A stretch of 12,671 nt of DNA from Promethearchaeota archaeon (GTDB lineage: Archaea > Asgardarchaeota > Lokiarchaeia > Sigyniarchaeales > SOKP01): assembly GCA_019058015.1 (NCBI GenBank), contig JAHLWH010000043.1, positions 1 through 12,671 of the forward strand, in the 5' to 3' direction. Under the pieces are notes generated by a model. It saw only the letters and a program-made list of their open reading frames with translations. It made no database searches and was not told where the DNA came from. Of this stretch, positions 8,249 through 12,671 are shown piece after piece. A program made the position numbers and the translations under genes. The first letter of the stretch is position 1, and the number at the start of each line of letters is the position of its first letter.

Positions 8249-9735
8249 AAGTAAGTATAAAATTGTTTACATTGGAGCAGGGTCGTATCGTTTTGCAATT
8301 CCATGCACAATGAACATACTAGATTTCGCTAATGATTTTAATCCTATTGAGTTATGGTTAGTAGATATTGATGATTATTCACTATCATTGATGAGAGAAG
8401 TAGTTTGGCGTATGGTTCAACTCCATAAAAAAGAGATAGAGATTCATTCTACAGTTGATAGAAGAATAGCACTTCCTGCTGCAGATTATGTTTTAATTTC
8501 TATATCTGTAGGGATCCAAAAATCTGAATGGATTGATATTCATATTCCATTGAAGTTTGGAATACCCCAAAACACAGGAGATACAGTTGGCCCAGGAGGG
8601 ATATTTCGAGGTATTAGAACAATACCTGTGATCGTTGAAATTTTAAAAGATATTGAAGAATTATGTCCTAATGCATTAGTATTAAATTATACTAACCCAC
8701 AAGGCACTACAGTGCTCAGTACTTATCAAACAGCACCGAATGTTCAATCAGTAGGCTTATGTCATGAGTTATTTTATTTAGAGTCAAAAAAATTTGGAAA
8801 AGTTTTGAAGTATTGTAAAATAAATACCTCAACTAAAAAGAAATTTCAAATTCTATATGGTGGTCTAAATTTTTTCTTGGATAACTAAATTTGAATATGG
8901 TGGAGAAGATCTATATCCAATATTGCGAGAAACGGCAAACTACATGTATAAATCAGGAAAGTTTGGTAGACCATTTAATTTTTATCTTCTAAAACAGACG
9001 GGATATCTAACATATGTAGAGGATAGGCATGTGGCTGAATTTTTACCACAATATTATAATTATTTTAATCATTGGGATAAACCTTTTAATATTACTGATT
9101 TAAGAAGCGTGTATAGAGTTCAATTAGAAAGAAAATTAATGTACTCATTAATCAAAGCTCTAAGAACAAAAAGATTTAGTTGGATTATTAAATTATTTTT
9201 ACGCCCAACTGAAGGCATAGAAAAAGCACTATTAACGGCTAAAGATAAAGAGAGGAACATTTCAAGACATCATGTATGTAATGTATTGAATAATGGTACA
9301 ATCCCATCTTTACCAAATAATTGTGTAATTGAAATACCTTGTTATTTCAAAAATAAGGAGATTTATAAAGTAAAGATAGGCAATCTAGCTAGTCCAATTA
9401 GGGAATGGGTTAGTCTTCAGGCGAGGAATCAGCAATTAGTGGTAGATGCTGCATTATCTGGTAATCCTGATGATTTAATTAAAGCATTACTAGTTGACCC
9501 TATGTGTGATTTTATAGAAGATGAAGAAAAAATAGAAGCTTTAATGATGAACATGTTATATTATCAGAAAGCCTGGTTGCCCAATTTTTCTGAATCAATC
9601 CCGGATTACAGCGATTTAAAAAAGATCAAATACTATATTGAAAAAGGTGAATTATGTAAAAGAAACATTGCAAGAAAAGAAAAATATCACCCAGATAAGA
9701 GTCTTAAAGTTAAATCGTGGCCTTATATCAATTAA
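8232..9735 (+). pseudogene. Glycoside hydrolase family 4, frameshifted at about 8871 (ORF-track pieces 8232..8888 and 8923..9735 are one gene; real lesion or sequence error)
   Basis: The N-half has IGAGSYRF, GDTVGPGGIFRGIRTIP, NYTNP, GLCHEL, GGLN. The +1 frame from 8872 continues FSWITKFEYGGEDLYPILRE into the second ORF (DRHVAEF, NNGTIPSLP, DP, WLPNF). Restoring 2 nt gives about 501 aa. Confidence 0.88.
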
Positions 9736-9736
9736 T

Positions 9737-9961
9737 AATTTCTATGACCATCTAACAGGGAAATCAATTCATTATAAAATAAAACTTACAAAAAATCCAC
9801 ATGAATGTGAGGATTTCCCTCTAATTAGAAGATTTCTAGCTGCAATTCGAGGAGAGGAAAAACCATTAACAACTGCCCGGGAGTCTCTTCAAAGTCATCT
9901 AATGTCTTTTGCAGCAGATCGATCCCTCAAAAAAGAGAAGATTATACATATAAAGAATTAA
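9737..9961 (+). pseudogene. C-terminal remnant of a Gfo/Idh/MocA-family oxidoreductase
   Basis: FYDHLTGK...H..ED..LIRRFLAAIRGEEKPLTTARESLQSHLMSFAADRS resembles the recognisable C-terminal helices of this family (H.GGD..L...F..A......T....SL.SHL..FAA..S). There is no Rossmann domain and no credible start; the 9638 TTG start lies inside GH4. Confidence 0.75.
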
Positions 9962-9971
9962 ATTTGTTACT

Positions 9972-11042
9972 ATGTCTCCATTCAAAATATCTTCTAAAGT
10001 AAAAAAAAAAATAGGAAAAATTAATCGAAAAGACGACAACTTGAATTATTCTTTGCAACCTTTTGTTACAAAATGGTTAAGAGATCACCCCCCCAAATTG
10101 AGCTATAAATTAAAGCCACCAGAAATGAGTTTTGAAACATGGAAACAACAAGTTAAAAAATTAATCTTAAAAAAGATCCCAACTTTAGAACCCCTGCCTT
10201 TTAATAAACAAAAGTTTAAAATGGTTGGTGAAACAACATCAAATGGAATAAAATTTATCCAATTTTCTTTAATGACAATTCCAGGATTAAGAGTACCTGG
10301 AATAATGTGTATTCCTGAAAATATTGAACATAAAGTACCTGCTTGTATTTGCATACATGGACATGGGCAAAATATATATAATACTGTTGGAATGAAAAAA
10401 TCTAAGAATAAAGAATATTTTGGATATGAATTAGCAAAGTTAGGATTAATAACTCTATCTTTTGATTGGATTGGAAGTGGGGTTCGAGAATCTTTTAAGA
10501 ATAAATATTTATTTTTCCTCCAAGATGAAGGGCAAAGATCTAATTGGCTTCGGTTCATAGGATTAGATATGTTAGGACTCCGTATAACTGAAGTACAAAC
10601 ATTAATAAATTTCTTAGAAAATCATGACGATGTGGATCCTAACCGATTAGGAATAATAGGGCATTCAGGAGGGGGGACTCTTTCTTTATTTGCTACAGTT
10701 TTTGATGAGAGAATTAAAGTATGTGCTACTTCAGGATATTTAAGTACTTGGGATCATTCAATTCTAGCTATGTATCATTGTGGTTGTAATTATAGTGCAG
10801 ATTTAAGAAAATATCTTGAATTATATGATGTGTATGCATCTCTAGCTCCCCGCCCTTTAGCGATTACGATAGGGGAAAAAGATAAGATCTTCCCCTACAA
10901 AGGGACTAAAATCTCTATCCCGATAATCAAAGAAGCTTATCAGGAAACTAATTATACCGAGAATTTGCTAATTCATGTACAAAAAGAAGGTCATAGATTT
11001 AGTGGAGAAAAGATATATCCATTTATATTAAGCTATATATAA
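9972..11042 (+). CDS. Alpha/beta-fold hydrolase (dienelactone hydrolase/acetyl-xylan-esterase-like serine esterase)
   Basis: 356 aa. PACICIHGHG, D..G.G.R, VDPNRLGIIGHSGGG (Ser232 nucleophile elbow), HCGCNY, APRPL...GEKDKIFP (Asp), EGHRF (His). No signal peptide evident. Confidence 0.9.
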   Translation: MSPFKISSKVKKKIGKINRKDDNLNYSLQPFVTKWLRDHPPKLSYKLKPPEMSFETWKQQVKKLILKKIPTLEPLPFNKQKFKMVGETTSNGIKFIQFSLMTIPGLRVPGIMCIPENIEHKVPACICIHGHGQNIYNTVGMKKSKNKEYFGYELAKLGLITLSFDWIGSGVRESFKNKYLFFLQDEGQRSNWLRFIGLDMLGLRITEVQTLINFLENHDDVDPNRLGIIGHSGGGTLSLFATVFDERIKVCATSGYLSTWDHSILAMYHCGCNYSADLRKYLELYDVYASLAPRPLAITIGEKDKIFPYKGTKISIPIIKEAYQETNYTENLLIHVQKEGHRFSGEKIYPFILSYI

Positions 11043-11043
11043 A

Positions 11044-11055
11044 TTTTTATTTTTT
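11044..11055 (+). terminator. Oligo-T terminator
   Basis: TTTTTATTTTTT immediately after the stop at 11042. Confidence 0.5.
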
Positions 11056-11477
11056 AGCAAATGGTAAACTTGTATTTATCTACAAATTTATATGAATCAT
11101 AACTTCCTTTATAATTCCGAAGATGATTGAAAAGGAAAAATCAATGACCCTAAAAGCATTAGTATCGGTTTTGATGATGTTGAGTTTCTACTTTTAGAAA
11201 TCGTTACGTTATTCATTTAATTATCTTCATTTTAATTAAAAAATAAATTTTATGGATTTAGTGTTTGTTTATTGCTATTCCACTACTTAGCTTAAATCAT
11301 GAAATTTCCTATTGAATGGTAAATTCAGAGTCTGATTTTCACTAAAATTTCTTTGAAAAGACGAAGTCGCGTAATTATTTGGCACCCTAGAAGAATTAAG
11401 AGTTTTAAATCTAAAAGAATGATCACATTTATATTATTAAATGACAAAGTATTCTACTGAAATTTAAAAAAAAGAAG

Positions 11478-12539
11478 ATGATAAAAATTTTATTACAAAA
11501 TTTCAACACAGCTTGGGCAATCCCTTGGTATACGGTTATGGTTATTATTAACGTCATGGGCCTGGCGTATTGTGCAGTTGTTTACAAACGATCCCTGATT
11601 CCAAGGGATGGAAAGGATTCAACATATCGGAATCGGATGCGAATTATGGGGGTAATCTTTACGTTAGTTTCTGCCTATCGAGCGATTGGTGTATGGTCTA
11701 TACCATATACTTTCCGAATACCGAACACGGTAGCGGAAGTTTCATTCGCTGGGTTAATTGCATATGCGATGTTACGATTCAATACTTATTTGCCTGCTAC
11801 CGACGACGCACGTGCTAATAAATTCAAGTCATTCATAACAAAGACTCCCTATATCCTAGTAGGATGTTTAGTTCTATCACAATTCATTGACACATGGGGG
11901 GTGATCACCCATTTTGTATTAAGGGGTGTATTCGTGGAGACATTATGGGGGATTGGGTTCCTGTCAGTACTCCCACTTGCTATTATACAACTGCGCCGTG
12001 TTTTCTCGATAAAAGATAAGGAAGCAGTAGAACGGTTACGAATACTGAGGTATTCTGCGATAATAATTGCAGCTTGGTGCGTGATTTATTGTATGTACAG
12101 GTGGGTCTTTACTTTACCGGGAATGTGGGGTAGGGCGTTATATATATTAGAAACGGGGTTACCTGAACTTGAAACTGGCATACAAGCGATAATTAATGCC
12201 CTTGGAATTAGAACGCGAACATCGCTAGAGTACCGCGATTGGGGTTTTGGTTTTCTAATATGGCACTCTGCCTACTTTAGCATCTTAACTTGGATTTCAA
12301 TATTCTTAATGAAAGCGCCACGACCCCGGGAAATTTCCGGGAAACGTAACGCTAAGCCAACGCTAATAACGCTAGCACTAACAGCGATAGCGCTAATAAC
12401 GCTAATAACGATAATTGGCTTACCAGCTGACATTGATGAGAAAATTATTCTTTTCTTTTTGGGAGGCTTATTTCTCGTACCAATTGCCTACATTTTCGTT
12501 TTGGAAATCAAGGGTGTCAAGTTAAAGACTATAGAATAA
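11478..12539 (+). CDS. Polytopic integral membrane protein of unknown function
   Basis: 353 aa ORF with about 8-9 hydrophobic segments and polar intramembrane residues (AEVSF, VETLW, WHSAYFS). GC is clearly higher than in neighbours. Confidence 0.85.
   Translation: MIKILLQNFNTAWAIPWYTVMVIINVMGLAYCAVVYKRSLIPRDGKDSTYRNRMRIMGVIFTLVSAYRAIGVWSIPYTFRIPNTVAEVSFAGLIAYAMLRFNTYLPATDDARANKFKSFITKTPYILVGCLVLSQFIDTWGVITHFVLRGVFVETLWGIGFLSVLPLAIIQLRRVFSIKDKEAVERLRILRYSAIIIAAWCVIYCMYRWVFTLPGMWGRALYILETGLPELETGIQAIINALGIRTRTSLEYRDWGFGFLIWHSAYFSILTWISIFLMKAPRPREISGKRNAKPTLITLALTAIALITLITIIGLPADIDEKIILFFLGGLFLVPIAYIFVLEIKGVKLKTIE
12360..12416 (+). repeat. Degenerate 9-bp tandem repeat (ACGCTAATA) within CDS
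   Basis: ACGCTAATA ACGCTAGCA ctaacagcgata GCGCTAATA ACGCTAATA ACGATAATT, encoding TLITLALTAIALITLITII. Confidence 0.75.
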
Positions 12540-12546
12540 ATTTTAA

Positions 12547-12563
12547 TTTTTTTTTTTTTTTTT
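12547..12563 (+). terminator. T17 tract, likely terminator
   Basis: 17 consecutive T starting 8 nt after the stop at 12539. Confidence 0.6.
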
Positions 12564-12569
12564 AAAAAT

Positions 12570-12643
12570 ATTTTGGCCATTTTTTATAAAATAGAGAATA
12601 TAAAACAAAAAACAACAAAAAACGGACAAAAAATGGACAAAAT
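12570..12643. repeat. Array of 10-11-bp direct repeats (ACAAAAAA(C/T)GG-like) plus an inverted copy
   Basis: Units start at 12605, 12615, 12626 and 12637. ATTTTGGCCATTTTTT (12570-12585) is the reverse complement of AAAAAATGGACAAAAT (12628-12643) with one mismatch. Confidence 0.7.
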
Positions 12644-12671
12644 TAAATAATTGAATATTTAAAATAAAAGA

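Noticed and set aside
7030-8310. Small ORFs 7030..7212 (+), 7729..7947 (-) and 8122..8310 (-)
   Set aside because: Alternate-frame or antisense shadows of the MFS/GH4 genes.
8867-8885. Programmed -1 frameshift at A AAT TTT
   Set aside because: The -1 frame stops within five codons; continuation needs +1/-2 and would still lack the conserved His.
8923-9735. Independent 270-aa gene with TTG start
   Set aside because: GH4 similarity continues upstream in the same frame to 8872, so it is the C-half of the frameshifted GH4.
9638-9736. N-terminal part of the 107-aa ORF
   Set aside because: Overlaps the GH4 tail in another frame; oxidoreductase-like sequence begins only after about 9737.
10103-10558. 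151-aa - strand ORF
   Set aside because: Antisense to the alpha/beta-hydrolase, with no motifs.
11092-11220. Selenoprotein via in-frame TGA at 11128
   Set aside because: No redox-motif context, no recognisable family and no SECIS-like structure identified.
11570-11818. 82-aa Cys-rich + strand ORF
   Set aside because: Alternate frame inside the membrane protein gene; the Cys richness is a frame artefact.
12605-12643. CRISPR array
   Set aside because: Units are only 10-11 bp with no spacers, and there are no cas genes.

Overview
Very AT-rich window (sampled coding lines about 25-30% GC), most likely archaeal and plausibly Asgard/Lokiarchaeia-like. That taxonomy is inferred from the absence of Shine-Dalgarno motifs, TATA-like boxes about 22-33 nt upstream of start codons, oligo-T ends and gene content. 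Most of the window is a carbohydrate-utilisation locus: two paralogous sugar-type MFS transporters, a NagB-like sugar-phosphate deaminase/isomerase, an intact GH4 glycosidase, a GH2 beta-mannosidase-like enzyme, a second GH4 broken by a frameshift, a 3' remnant of a Gfo/Idh/MocA oxidoreductase and an alpha/beta-hydrolase. It is flanked on the left by a partial CxxCxxCC (YkgJ-like) gene missing from the ORF track. On the right is a higher-GC polytopic membrane protein gene followed by a repeat-structured non-coding end. The most unusual signal is a predicted two-helix transmembrane hairpin inserted directly after the catalytic acid/base (HNEP) of the GH2 barrel. All family assignments come from motif recognition, not database searches.
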